Shown one piece after another: positions 63,744 to 64,000 of a DNA stretch of 64,000 nucleotides. The DNA is from Epiperipatus broadwayi. Lineage: Eukaryota > Animalia > Onychophora. The first letter of the stretch is position 1. The number at the start of each line of letters is the position of its first letter. Below the pieces are notes generated by a model. It did not search any database and was not told where the DNA came from. It worked only from the letters and a program-made list of their open reading frames with translations. The DNA lies in assembly GCA_028023455.1 (NCBI GenBank), contig JAQFVV010000006.1, positions 1,116,001-1,180,000 on the forward strand, read 5' to 3'. The position numbers were made by a program, and so were the translations under genes.

Positions 63744-64000
63744 TAATCAGAAAATAATAATTCTTTACAATAGCTAATAATTTTATACAAAAAAAGCTTT
63801 TTTTAGCACCTGCTTTGGTGCCCATTTCAAATGTTATTAATTTATTTAATGTTAACAAATTACCTGATATAAAATCATCCAGTGTCCAATAATGGAATTA
63901 AAACAAACAATAATAATATAAATAATTAAAACAGATCAAAATCCTCATATATAAATTCAATAATTACAAAACAATTGACCATATCATAACAATATGATAA

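Overview
AT-rich, CpG-poor eukaryotic (metazoan-like) DNA made almost entirely of nested, decayed mobile elements. No host protein-coding gene could be supported, and most supplied ORFs are transposon fragments or noise. Recognisable elements are: a Penelope-like retroelement (PLE; RT plus GIY-YIG, 6.6-8.7 kb) with an inverted copy of its own 3' end; RTE-type and other LINE remnants; a ZMYM/PRKRIR-like hAT transposase relic (53.3-56.1 kb); a tRNA-derived SINE; and many fold-back repeats. The main unexplained signal is a high density of minimal type I hammerhead ribozyme (HHR) motifs, roughly 35 intact or decayed by eye, in at least four unrelated repeat families. The most abundant family has a non-coding monomer of about 455 bp (circularly permuted, partly tandem, retrozyme-like). 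It is inserted mostly as divergent (5'-to-5') palindromes that fold back at internal hairpins or microhomologies, the same topology as the PLE. This suggests a PLE-mobilised ribozyme RNA system. One 99-bp insertion with a 10-bp TSD carries an HHR with an apparent compensatory A3:U8 core. All coordinates and alignments were read by eye, so element boundaries are approximate.
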